A stretch of 64,000 nt of DNA, from the NCBI RefSeq assembly GCF_001194135.2, contig NC_068995.1:56583860-56647859 (forward strand). The letters run 5' to 3'. The translations under genes and the position numbers were made by a program. Below are positions 12,470-24,280 of the stretch, piece after piece. Source of the DNA: Octopus bimaculoides (lineage: Eukaryota). The stretch's first letter is position 1, and every line of letters starts with the position of its first letter. The notes under the pieces are model-generated. The model was not told where the DNA came from, did no database searches, and worked only from the letters and a program-made list of their open reading frames with translations.

Positions 12470-12630
12470 TGTGGTGCCATGTAAAAGCACCCAGCACATT
12501 GTGTAAAGTGGTTGGTGTTAGGAAGGGCATCCAGCCATAGAAACCCTGCCAAATCAGATTGGAGCCTGGTGCAGCTCCCCAGCTTTGGTCACACCATCCA
12601 ACCCATGCCAGCATGGACATCATATATTAA
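12470..12630 (+). mobile_element. Family C retroposon 3' part
   Basis: gtaaaagcacccag...gtggttggtgttaggaagggcatccagcc...ccaacccatgccagcatgg...atgatggtg. Confidence 0.8.
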
Positions 12631-13763
12631 ATGATGGTGACAACGACAAACAGTACTCACACACACACACACATATATATCACTCCTACGTCCAATTGTT
12701 TAGTTATTATTATTATTATTATCATTATGTGAACTCTTCATTGAGACACAGTTTGCAATATGTTCTAACTGAGCAGAGAGATCAATATTTGATCTCTTCA
12801 TCTGTTTGTACTTGCTGATACTCTCTTCTTCATGGGTGACAGCTTTCTCTGTGGCTTTGGCACACTTTCCAACTACTGATCTGATTCAAATGTAACAGTG
12901 ACTTATTTAAAAAGCCACTTTCATGATTCCTATTTTTTCTCAGCAGTTAAGCTTTTGAAATCTCGTAACATATAAACAGTTTTGATAATTTTTTCTATTA
13001 TAATCTACAATTGAAATACGTTTTCCCTTCAGGTTGGAATTGCATATAAAAATATATATATATATATACATACAGAGGGAGAGAGAGAGATAGCTATATA
13101 TGTGTCTTTGTTTAGGAAGGTTTTGTTTGTAACGACCTACTAATGTAATGTCAATATAAAAGATACCATCCCTATAACCATCCATTCTCAGCCCCACCAG
13201 TAATGTGGAGAGAAACCTATTGAAAAGCATGTTTTTAAAGTCTTTGATATGTTTCTATTTATATTTTACCAAACTGTTTGATTTTACATTTCATACATTC
13301 ACAGCAAGAAGCTCGAATAATTACTGTTTATTTTATTACAATTGAATAATAATGTAGGAAAGTGGTACTTGCTGTTCAAAGAACAGTGCCTTAGATTTGG
13401 GCCTTTTGATTGTTATTACAGAGTGAAAGACTTGAAAACTAACAACTAATAGATCAATTATGGTCAGGTCTTACTAAGTGGAATGACTATGTTCATCTTA
13501 GATTATCCAAATACTGCCTCTAGGAGTGTTTAATATGTAAATACAACATAGAGACAACTTCAATGACAAGAACTGACTAAGCTTTTGGGGTACAAAATAG
13601 ACAATGCAGGTAAAAGTGAATCTGGTCTTTAAAACCATCTGTTGCATTAATGAACAGGGTTTTACCCTCTTGTTTGTTGTTTTTAAATCTTAGGTACCAT
13701 ATTTAATGCCATAAAAGACACACACGGAGGTATATGAGGCACCCCATCTTTTTAGGATGACGC

Positions 13764-13960
13764 TGTAGGAGGGTGTGAGAGGCCAGATCTGGTTGGGTTG
13801 AACAAAACTAGATCTGGCCTCTCACACCTACCCTCCTACAATGTCATTCTAAAAATAAATAATCACATCACTGAATCTCAAAGCTATGAGATAATGCATG
13901 ATTATTTCGAAACAAAATAAGCGACATGTTTGACCAAATAATCTGAATACTAATGGTTAA
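13764..13960 (-). mobile_element. Same MITE family, with a fold-back end
   Basis: ctggcctctcacacctaccctcctacaatgtcattctaaaaataaataatcacatcac...atctgaatactaatggttaa. Confidence 0.7.
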
Positions 13961-14465
13961 ACTACGACTCTGAAGATTTGCTCTTTAATAAATAAAGGTA
14001 ATAATGATGCAGCGACAACAGAAGATAAATACTTCAACAATTCTGTAGATCAGTTAAACCAAAATTTAATCTTTTTCTTTTTTTTATCTGACAATGAGAA
14101 GCTGTGCCAACATACTTTGCAGGCCTTCGAAAGTAAGCAATCGAAATTAGTTGGGTAAATTCAGTGCAGTTGATGGTTATCAAATTTGTTAGAGTTTATT
14201 AAATTCAGTTGGAACAAATTGAGTTGGAAATTCCAAGCAGATATGGTTCTGGGAACAGAGAAGTGAAATACAGCCAGGTAGGGTGATGAGATAAGAGGAC
14301 AGATATGTGAATTGAATGCGTTTAACATGTAGATCAAACAGACATTACATTTGCAGGAGAACAGACAGAGGAAATATGTAAAATAATGATGGTAGGCTAA
14401 TGAGTATATAAAATGATAGTGAAAGGGAATTTGCCTTTCAAGAGTACAGGGTTTCGTGTGTGTAT

Positions 14466-14845
14466 ACAGGCATGGTTGTGCAGTTAAGAAGCATGGTTTG
14501 TAATCTCATAGTTTTGGGTTCAGTCCCACTGCATGGCACCTTGGTCAGGTGTCTTCTACTATAGCCACAGGCCAACCAATGCCTTCTAAGTGAAATTGGT
14601 AGACTGAAACCCTGTGTGTGTGTGGTGTGTGTCTCAGTCTTTGTGTATGCCCCCACCCTCACCACTTGGCAACCGGTGTTGGTTTCTTTACATCCCTGTA
14701 ACTTAGTGTATTGGCAACAAAGACTGATAAAATAATAACCAGACCTTCAAAAATAAAAAAATAACTACTGGGGTTCATTTGATCTGCTGAGTCCCTCAAG
14801 ATGTTGCCACAGCACAGTTGCAGTCCAGTGACTGAAACAAATAGA
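14466..14845 (+). mobile_element. Family A SINE, full length
   Basis: caggcatggttgtgcagttaagaag...gggttcagtcccactgcatggcaccttgg...gtccagtgactgaaacaa. Confidence 0.85.
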
Positions 14846-15012
14846 ATTTGTAAATTCTACTGTTTGAACATTGTTAAATAAAGTTTTAAGGTATAAATAT
14901 CTATGCATAGAAAGAATTATCAGCATTGGCTTCATACAGAAATAGTTTTGTGGGTCATTTTATTTTGTTGACAAAATGATTATAATTTTACATTTTTATG
15001 CTTTCTTTTAAG

Positions 15013-15600
15013 GTTGAAACTGAAAGTGAATTTCCAAATGATTTAAAAAATGAAAGTCAACATAGAACAGGGATTGCTTCCCAACTGGGGACACTCCCTG
15101 TTCATAATCGAACTATTAACCACCACCACACATTATCAAAAACACAAATCTTACAATCCAACAGATCTAAAGAAAATCATTCAGAAAATCAGCTACGGTT
15201 CATATCCAAACCAAATGTAAACAAAGAGGCGTTTTTAATAAAAGCCACAACTCAACTTCCCACTACTTCTAGTAACCATAGCAATGCTGTACAATCGAGA
15301 AACCGGCGGATATCAGCTCCATTACAAGTCACACCAAAAATTCCATCCCATCAAGTAGTCAAGAGACCAGTGTCTGCTAGCACAATGAAGGTATCAACAG
15401 TGACGTCTCCAAAGACGTTTATTCGAGAACAATCTGTACCTTTCCAAGACAGTCTGCATTTGAAAACTACGTTAAACAATGGACCAGAAGTCTCACACAT
15501 CAGCACTCAGAATTATTGTTTGAACAGCCAAGTGTCGTCTAAGTCTGTGTCCCAAATTACTCCAACACCAAGAACAACAACAGAACAAGGAAAACCAAAA
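15013..15600 (+). CDS. BEN-domain protein, large low-complexity (S/T/P/Q/N-rich) coding exon
   Basis: Acceptor ctttcttttaag|GTT, donor CCAAAA|gtaagt. 588 nt = 196 codons with no stop (VETESEFPND...TEQGKPK), phase 0/0. It is the longest non-microsatellite, non-gap ORF in the window. Confidence 0.88.
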
Positions 15601-15718
15601 GTAAGTTAGAAATCTAAATATCTATAAAGAAGAAAATTCGTTAAATAATATAAAATCTGTGATGTACTAATTATCATTTTACTCTTTGTGTGTGTGTGTG
15701 CGTGTGTGTGTGTGTGCG

Positions 15719-15758
<40 letters not shown>

Positions 15759-16217
15759 CCACCATAGAAGATTACACTGTGTAAATGAAGTTTAGTAAGT
15801 GGTCTGCTACACATATGAGAAATGCTATGATATATGGGTGTCAGACATGGGTAGTAAACATGGAGTAGCAGAGAAGGGCTGGAATGAATGAAAATGAAAT
15901 TGTTTTGATGGATAAACAGTATATCAGTGAGAGAGAGAGAGAGACAGTTTTAGAGAATGATAGACATGGAGCCAGTGATGGATGTTGTGAAGAGAAATGG
16001 GATGAAGTAGCTAAGTCATGTGCTAAAGAAGGATGAAAGTGGTATGTAGGTAAGAAGTGTGATGGAAATGGATGTATAAATTAAAAAAGTAGGTATTGGT
16101 TTTAATATGATAATTGTTTATTCAGCAAAATAATTATGTAATCAATGCTAATCTGTTCAAAACATTACAACAGTTTTGAAGAATAGAGCCTTATAGAAGG
16201 AGAATAGATGCTTATAC

Positions 16218-16330
16218 AATCCACTTACAAGGTTTTGGTCGGCCCGAGGCTATAATAGAAGACACTTGCCCAAGGTGCCATGCAGTGGGACTGAACCGAG
16301 AACCATGTGGCTGGGAAGCCACACCTGCAC
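16218..16330 (-). mobile_element. Family A SINE 5' part
   Basis: gaagacacttgcccaaggtgccatgcagtgggactgaacc is the reverse complement of the head/body. Confidence 0.85.
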
Positions 16331-16374
16331 ATATTCATTTATATATGGTTTTGATATTCATCCATATATCAATA

Positions 16375-16593
16375 TTAACCCGTTAGTATTCAGATTGCCC
16401 TGTCAAATCTAATATCTATTCATTACATTGTTTTGAATTAATCATTCATTATTTTGTAGCTTTGAGATTTTGATGATGTGGTTGTTTAAGGACATTGTAG
16501 GATATGTATGAGAGGCTGAATCTGGTTGATTTGAACGTAAAACAGGTAGAATACTTGAGCCAGATATGGCCAGCCTAAATACTAAATGCTTAA
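16375..16593 (+). mobile_element. Same MITE family
   Basis: ttaacccgttagtattcagatt...gtagctttgagattttgatgatgtg...aaatactaaatgcttaa, with imperfect terminal inverted repeats. Confidence 0.7.
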
Positions 16594-16809
16594 ATATTCT
16601 TATTCATTCATATTATATATATAAAGCAAGTGCAGTGAGTCATTAGCGTGATAAAGAAATGGTGTTGTAGCAGATTTAGGAAGAAATTTCTAGAAATAGC
16701 CACCCAAAGCACTTCTAACACTGATTTAGCTAAAACTTCAATCCACTCATATTGAAAGATAAATATTTCAAATCTCAATTCTGATACTACTTCAGTGTTG
16801 TTAATATCA

Positions 16810-16852
<43 letters not shown>

Positions 16853-17984
16853 TATTATCATTAACTGACTGTTATTGTATTGTTTTCTTCAGTTTGTGTC
16901 TGTTGGAATGGAGAGAACTTTTAAAGAGTTCCCACCTTCTGTTTAATTTTTGCTTTTATCGATACAATCGTCTTACTTTCTTGTTGTTTTAAACTTAGAA
17001 CACATTACACCCCTTTCTGTCCAGCCCCCCCCCCCCTCCGCTCCATTTCTACACATACACACATACACATTCAAGTTGGTGGACCTACATGTAGCTAGCA
17101 CCATGTATATTTGAACAAAGAAATTAGTAAACAGTCTAAGTAGTAGTGGTAGTAGTAGCAGCAGCAGCAGCAGCAGTGGTAGAATACTACAAAAACAACA
17201 AAGAAATTAAACGAACAACAATAGAGATAACAATAATAAGAATAATAATTATGGTTAAAAAAAAAGACAACAAAGACTAAATATTAAGAACAATAGCATG
17301 AGATGGAACAATAATGAAAGTTCTTGAGATTCTATTGATTTTCATACAACAAGAAGAAATTAAGAGAGTGTGAATGATAAATAAGTATGGTAAAATAACC
17401 GTTTTTCCTTTCTTTCCCTTCCCACATCTTCATCATTATCCTTATTATTATTATTATTATTATTTGTTTGTTTGTTTGTTTTTAAACTAAACAAGTTTTA
17501 GTCTCTTTTATACCCTTTGCTGCCTCCTCCTCCTCCTTCTCCCCCCCCCCCACAACCTTTTCTATAGATTAGAACCTGCCAGTGATTTGGCTTTAGTATC
17601 AAAGCCTTCAACACTTTTTGCATTCTGACTAGAATATATATTTTTACCCTGAAGCTTTCTTCAAAAATGTCATCTATTGCTTACTGAATTCCTATAGATT
17701 CCAGGATAAAGCCATCAGAATCAGTGACAATAATGGCACACAATCCTATTCTTTATGGTGCTTTCTTTCTCCTCCTCTCCCTCTCCTCAGTGCATCCAAT
17801 GAAGTCGGAAAATGTGAAGAAGCCTCTTGTTGAAGAAACGTCTTTTAGAGCATAAGGTGGTCAGAATGAAATAAATGGTATTCAGCCATTTTATTATTTA
17901 TTACTTTTCTGGGTTTTTTTTTTTTTACATTTTATTACATACATCAGTAACGAATTTTGTAGTATATATATGGCTTGTGGAATA

Positions 17985-18480
17985 ACAATAATAATAATAA
18001 TAATAATCATATAATGGTTTCAAATTTTGGCACAAGGCCAGTATTTTGGTGGGGAGTGGAGTAAGTCAATTACATCACTCGCATTCCTTAACTGATACTT
18101 ATTTTATTGACTTCAAAAGGATGAAAGCCAAAGTCAGCTTTAGCAGAGCTGAAAGTCAGAATGTCAAAGTGGACGAAACGCTGTCAAGCGTTTTGCCCTC
18201 TCTTTTAGTGGTTCTGCCGTCTCACGGTCCAGTTATCATTATTATTAGTAATATTAATGATGGTGGTAATTCTTTCTGCTATATGTACGAGGCCTGATAT
18301 TTTGGAGGAATGGCTAATTAATTACATTGATTCCAGTGCTTAACTGGTATTTATTTTACCGGCCCTGAAAAGATAAGAGTCAAAACTGATCCAAGTGGAA
18401 TTTGAACTCAAAATGTAAAGCTGGAAGAAATGTTGTTGAGCATTTTGTCTGGTGTGCTGCCAGTTCTGCCAGCTCGCCGA
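17985..18480 (-). mobile_element. Two tandem family B SINEs
   Basis: Two minus-strand copies: ggcacaaggcc...aaaggatgaaagccaaagtc (about 18020-18215) and ggtatttattttacc...gaatttgaactca...tctgccagctcgcc (about 18290-18480). Confidence 0.8.
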
Positions 18481-19896
18481 AGAGAAAGGCTCTGCTGGTA
18501 CCCTTGATGTTAGTATTAATGCTGACCCCCAACAGGAATTGAACACAGTGCCATGTAAAAAGCACTTGTGCTGGTATTTAACTTGAAAGCACATGGTTAG
18601 GAAGCAATCCTTGCAATCATACGTGTGCCTATAACAATCACTACTATAATGCATCTATGACTGTGAAAAGATTTCTAGCCAACGGGAAATATTATTTTAT
18701 TTGGAAATGGATGTAGGTTGGCAACAGAAAATCTGCTACAACAAATTCCATCCAACTCCTGCCAGCATGGGAAAGTAGATGTTAGAATGATGATGATGAT
18801 GACAATGGTAATAATTATGATGATGAAAAGACAGTGTCTCTTATCTCTTACTTAGACCTGCCAGTTTTCTATTAAATGCAGGAAATATCTAAATTAGATC
18901 CTTTTATTTCGGTTTATTTCAGCTAATAAATCCATGCATGTGCTTAAGTCGTTGCTAGTACACCTCTGAATTTTATATTGCTCTGACTCAAATATGTTCT
19001 CGTTGAGAAACAAATATTATTTTACTTTTATCTACATCTCTAACAAATCAGATATAAAATAATTTTTCAAAAGGAAAAACTAGATTTATTTTTAACAATT
19101 CAAGTCTCAAAAATTACTAGACTTCTCATTTCTCTACTACATCTAAAGTTATTCCAAAATCAGTCGTGGAATGTTAGTCAGTTTGTCGTATCCAGGTGAT
19201 TTATAAAGGCTTTTTTTTTCATTATTTTCCTCTTTTAATTAATTTTAAGTGTGGGTGACAAAAGTAATGGCTATATAACTATCAAAACGAAATTACAAAA
19301 TACAAAAAAAAAAACATAAATCATATTTTTTTTATCTTNNNNNNNNNNNNNNNNNNNNNNNNNNNNNNNNNNNNNNNNNNNNNNNNNNNNNNNNNNNNNN
19401 NNNNNNNNNNNNNNNNNNNNNNNNNNNNNNNNNNNNNNNNNNNNNNNNNNNNNNNNNNNNNNNNNNNNNNNNNNNNNNNNNNNNNNNNNNNNNNNNNNNN
19501 NNNNNNNNNNNNNNNNNNNNNNNNNNNNNNNNNNNNNNNNNNNNNNNNNNNNNNNNNNNNNNNNNNNNNNNNNNNNNNNNNNNNNNNNNNNNNNNNNNNN
19601 NNNNNNAAAAACCAAAACAAACTCTGTCTCCCTTCTATCTTTCCTTCCTTCCTCCTCCTCCTCCTCTTCGCTCTACCTTTCTATGTGTTAAGGTTGACCA
19701 ATGAGGCTTGAACAAAAGAAAGTGCACATATTATTTTTTTTTCTTTCCTGTCAAAGAGAAAGTCTGTTGTTACTCTTCAGCTTGATGTATGTAGCCTTGT
19801 AGTTTATCGTTGGTACATTCTAATATTTCAGAATCTAAAAAAGTCTGTTAATTATTTGCATTTTTTTTTCTTCTTTCTTCATTTATCGTTATTGAT

Positions 19897-19948
<52 letters not shown>

Positions 19949-20519
19949 ATCTTCTGTTATTCCTTTTTGATAAAATTTTGATGTAAAAAAAAATATAAAA
20001 ACTATAGAAAAATAGATAAAAAGGTTTCCAGGCATGAACTGCTACAAGGAAATCTGAGATTTAAAACAGTAATCTAACATTCTCAGTCACATCTTTTTTT
20101 GTTTGTTTTTCTCTTGTTTTTTTAGCTCTCACCAGCTCGACATACAATACATAAAACAAAAATAATACAAATAAAAATGAAAAAATAAAAATGATTTACA
20201 GATATCAAAATGAAGAGAACCAAAACATAAGATCATATACAGGAAATAAGATACCCAAGTTTTATAAGGAAAGAAAAGCATTTTAAAAGGAATACTATGT
20301 TTTACCGTTCTTCAAACCTGGAAAATTCTGAGAGAAAAGATAACATAAAATTGACAGAACTTGACAAAATTATCTGTCAAAAATGTAAAATTTCTGAACA
20401 TTTCAATCCTGTGTATTATATAACCAATGGCATGGGGTGGGGTGGGGCGCTGGGTGCACACAGTCTGAGAAAATAAAGTCAATTCTAATATGAAATTATA
20501 AAATTTATAGAAATATATA

Positions 20520-21200
20520 CAGGTGCAAGCATGGCTATGTGGCTAAGAGGGTCACTTTGCCACCAAGTGGTTTTGGGTTCAGTCCCAAGTGGAAGCATAT
20601 GGTTAGGACATTCAGCTCACAATCATAAGGTTATGAGCTCCAAGTGGTATGTTGTGTCTTTGAGACTTTATTTCATGTAGCTCCAGTCTGCACAACTGGC
20701 AAACATGAGTTGTACCTGTAATACAAAGGGGACCAGCTTTGTCACCTGTGTCATGCTGAATCTCCCTGAGGACTACATTAAGGAGACATGTGTATGAGGA
20801 ATGCTCAGGTATTTGTGTGTCATTTTCTCAAGCAGGACGTTCCATTGATTGGATCAACTGGAACCCTCCTCATAATAACTGACAGAGAGCCACGTGCAAT
20901 ACATTAGCACCTTGTCTAACATCTACTGTAGCCCTTTTCCATGCTGGCATGAGCTGGCATGGTGTCACAGAAGCTGGTAAGGCAGAGGACTGCACCAAGC
21001 TCTATTGTTGGCTTTGGCAATGGGTTCTACGGCTGGGTGCCTTTCCGGATGCCAGCCAACAGGTGCTTTTTATGTGGCATCAGCAAGGTCATTGAGAAAC
21101 TCTTAAGATGACCCCTAAACTGATTGGTGGTGGTGGGGGGGTAGTATTGAGGGAAGTGGCTTTATGTCAGTTGATGAAAGGACATGAACAGGTGTCTTGC
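20520..21200. mobile_element. Cluster: family A head, family E SINE (20580-20900, plus) and family C element (20925-21200)
   Basis: catggctatgtggctaag; ttgtgtctttgagactttatttcatgtagctccagt...ggatcaactggaaccctc; ttccatgctggcatg...ggctgggtgcctttcc. Confidence 0.65.
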
Positions 21201-22183
21201 TGTGAGAGAGCTATATGGCCATCCACTTGAAAAAGAGAGAGAGATGATGATGATGATGATGCATAAACCTCAAATCACAGGGATGTGAATATAAGTGGAA
21301 GAGAGAGAGAGAGAGAGAGAATGATGGGGGGAAGATGTGTTGGGGCAGGGATAGGAAGGTTATTTATCCGGGGCAATAGAGCTCCAACTCTATTAGTCCA
21401 TGCAAATACCTCAAAATTGGCCCATGTTGGAGAGGATGGTACGAGAAAGTATGGATACTGTATTTTCCAACATACAAAAATTTACAGCCAAAAGAGGTGG
21501 GTTGACTTATACACCAAGATGATGTAGGAAGACCAAAAATTCCATGCGAAATTCAACAGAATTTGGAAAAGTAGTAGCAATATTTGAATGTGTAGACTAT
21601 AAAGCATGTCTACTGGTATGCCAGAAAAATAGCTTTTTTTTTTTTTTTGTGCAAACCATGGGTGGTGTGTGAGTGGTGGTGGTGGGGGGTACCTATACAA
21701 TGCTATTCAGTGAATGGTAGAGTTCTGAACTAGATAGAAAAGGTTGTGAACCATTGATCTAGAGAGAAGGGGACAGATTAAAGGAAACAGCTAGTTTGAA
21801 AAGTGTATGTGTGAAGGAAAAAAAAAAACAGGATAGAAAGCATAAACAGGAGAAGGACAAAGCACAAAAATAAAGGTTGAATATTATTGGTGTGAGTTCT
21901 CTGACCAAATAGGATTATTGGACTGTATTGTATATTAGTCGTTAAAGAGGATGTATTATGATAAAAAGAATTTTACATTTATCTTCTGTCATCACTGCTA
22001 GAAATATCGTCAGTCAAAATTCTACAAAATCAGGGCTAATCTTAAGTCGAATAATATTTGGAATAATTATTTGGAAGAAATACCAAATTCTTGTCACTAT
22101 ATTAAAACATTTTTGTTTTATTTCATTTTAGAATTTAAAATGAAGTAAATAGCGCTTAAATTTTTGTATTTCATGTTTTGCAG

Positions 22184-22418
22184 GAAGTTGAGTTGATATC
22201 AGGGCTTGGAGTGAATATTCTTGAAGATGAGTTAACGCGAATCCAATTCAATGCCACAACTGCTAATGACCCAGCAATCCTGGTCATAGCTCTCCTTCAG
22301 CATTTCTTTTCAGACGAAGTCCTAGCGAGGTCTACAGCCACTTCATGCAGGGGTAAGGGCCGTGCTAAACATTCCACATCACAACCTCTGAATCAACAAA
22401 TAATGGAAGCCATAAGAC
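22184..22418 (+). CDS. BEN-domain protein, exon encoding the N-terminal part of the BEN domain
   Basis: Acceptor ttttgcag|GAA, donor AGA C|gtaagt (phase 1). The peptide LVIALLQHFFSDEVLARSTATSCRGKGRAKHSTSQPLNQQIMEAIR fits the BEN pattern (LL..FF..E.LA.S...G......K..L....M.AI) recognised by eye. Confidence 0.9.
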
Positions 22419-22504
22419 GTAAGTTTAGCCTCATTAAATAATCACCATAGAAAAAGCTATTTTGTTTTCCTACAAGAAACGTCTCTTCTCAGCCCACCTA
22501 GCTG

Positions 22505-22720
22505 TACCCTCTAGCATTCAGATTACTCTGTCAAATGTAATGTTTGTTCATTAAAATTGTCTTGAATTACTCATGCATTACCTCATAGCTTTCAGATTTT
22601 GATGATGTGATTGTTTATTTCTAGAATGGTATTGTAGGATAGGTGTGAGAGGCTGGACCTGGCTGGTTTTGAACATAAAACAGGTAGAATATTTGAGGCA
22701 GATAAAGCCAGGCTGAAAGT
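22505..22720 (+). mobile_element. Same MITE family, in the intron that splits the BEN domain
   Basis: accctctagcattcagattactctgtcaaatg...gtaggataggtgtgagaggctggacctgg...aaaacaggtagaatatttgagg. Confidence 0.7.
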
Positions 22721-23115
22721 AGTTTTATTGGACAAATAAAAATGAGATATAGGTGTAGACTTATATGAATAAGAAGCTGCACTACAAAACTATAAGGAAT
22801 CTCCCTGTTATCAATAACCAATTTTTTAATTTACTAAAAGATTAGTAAATGAACTATAACACTTATGAGACAGGTGTAGAGTGGTGGACTTTGAGAATAG
22901 GTATCACTACCTCATGCAGAAGAAATTGAATCAGAGATCAATAGTTTATTTACTATTCCGGTAGTTAATAAAAAAAATTGGTTGTTAAAAGACCAACTTA
23001 ATTTATAGTAATCTGTTGTAAGTATCTAATGAATATATAGGACAAAGCATTTTTACTGAAACCAATGCAAACAATAAAATGGTGGTAACTGGACTTTGCG
23101 ATGTTTTTTTTTCAG

Positions 23116-23372
23116 GGTTTTCTGTTTTATATTCTCGAAAGATAAACCGATCTTTGACGGAGACGCAAGTCAATCGCATCACTGCTAATAAAATAGGAAC
23201 GGCGAAAATGGCACTGAAAAGACGCAGTGAAGAAAACTCACTTGTATCTAGAGGACCCCGTTTTGGTAAGATATCACGAAATTCTGAAAGCGTTAAGCCC
23301 AAGGAAATCATTGTACCAACAGACGAAGATCTTAATTTTGTTATCAAAGTTGAGAAGGATAATGACTTTTAG
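23116..23372 (+). CDS. BEN-domain protein, terminal coding exon (end of BEN domain plus C-terminal tail)
   Basis: Acceptor tttttttttcag|GG completes the split codon C+GG=Arg. It reads RFSVLYSRKINRSLTETQVNRITANKIGTAKMALKRR..., matching the final BEN helix (I.NK....K...KRR). Stop TAG at 23370-23372, followed by AATAAA signals. Confidence 0.88.
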
Positions 23373-23437
23373 ATGATTGAATCATTTATTTTGATCATTT
23401 ACTTATAAAATTACTATATTTTTCAGGAAATATGTAA

Positions 23438-23465
23438 AATAAAACAATATTTTTAATAAAATAAA
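23438..23465 (+). promoter_or_regulatory. Polyadenylation signals of the BEN gene
   Basis: AATAAA at 23438-23443 and 23455-23460 (overlapping copy to 23465), 65-90 nt after the stop and followed by a T-rich tract. Confidence 0.6.
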
Positions 23466-23565
23466 CTTGTTTTATTTTTTCTCTCTTGGTACCTGTGTCT
23501 TAATTGAATTTACTGTCTCATTAGGTATGTGAAAGTTAAATGAATTACTAAATATGACTGAATCA

Positions 23566-24280
23566 CAGGCCTGGCTGTGTGGTTAAGAACCTTGCTTTGT
23601 AACCACATGGTTTCAGGTTCAGTCCCACTGTTTGGCATCTTGGGCAGATGCCTTGTGAATGACTTTTAGAGATGGAAACTGCGGATGCGTGTCATATATA
23701 TCTGTGTGTGTGTGTTCTCCCCAACAGGTTGACAACAAGCATTAGTTTGTTTATGGCCCTGTAACACATAGTGGATCAGCAAAAGGTACCAATAAAATAA
23801 GTATTAAACTTAAAATATTTATTGAGGTCGATTTGTTTGACTAAACTTTGCAAGGCAGTGCCCCAGCATGGCCACAGTCCAATAACAGAAACAAGTCAGA
23901 GATAAAAGAAGTGCCCCAGCATGGCCACAGTCCAATGACAGCAACAAGTCAGAGATAAAGGGAAACAAAAGACAACGATTATTAGTTTGTGTCGACTCAG
24001 TCCATGATAAGCGAAACTGAGGAATTAACATATATTGATGGTTCTACAAGAAGTGCAGGTGTGGCTGTGTGGTAAGAAGCTTGTTTCTCAATCACATGAC
24101 CTTAGGTTCAGTCTCACTGTATGACACCTTGGACAAGTGTCTTCTACTCCAGCCTCAGGCTGACCAAAGCCTTGGGAATGAATTTGGTTGACGGAAACTG
24201 AAAGAAGCCCATTGTATATACACATACACACACAAACATATGTGTGTGTGCACGTGCATGTGTTACTGTCTCCTTGCCTA
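23566..24280 (+). mobile_element. Two tandem family A SINEs (23566-23960 full with duplicated 3' end; 24053-24280 5' half)
   Basis: Two ggctgtgtgg(t)taagaa heads, both with ggttcagtc B-box-like motifs. Confidence 0.85.

Noticed and set aside
17790-17860. Strong plus-strand acceptor ctctcctcag within BEN-gene intron 3
   Set aside because: The phase-0 frame stops after three codons and there is no matching donor, so it does not fit the gene model.
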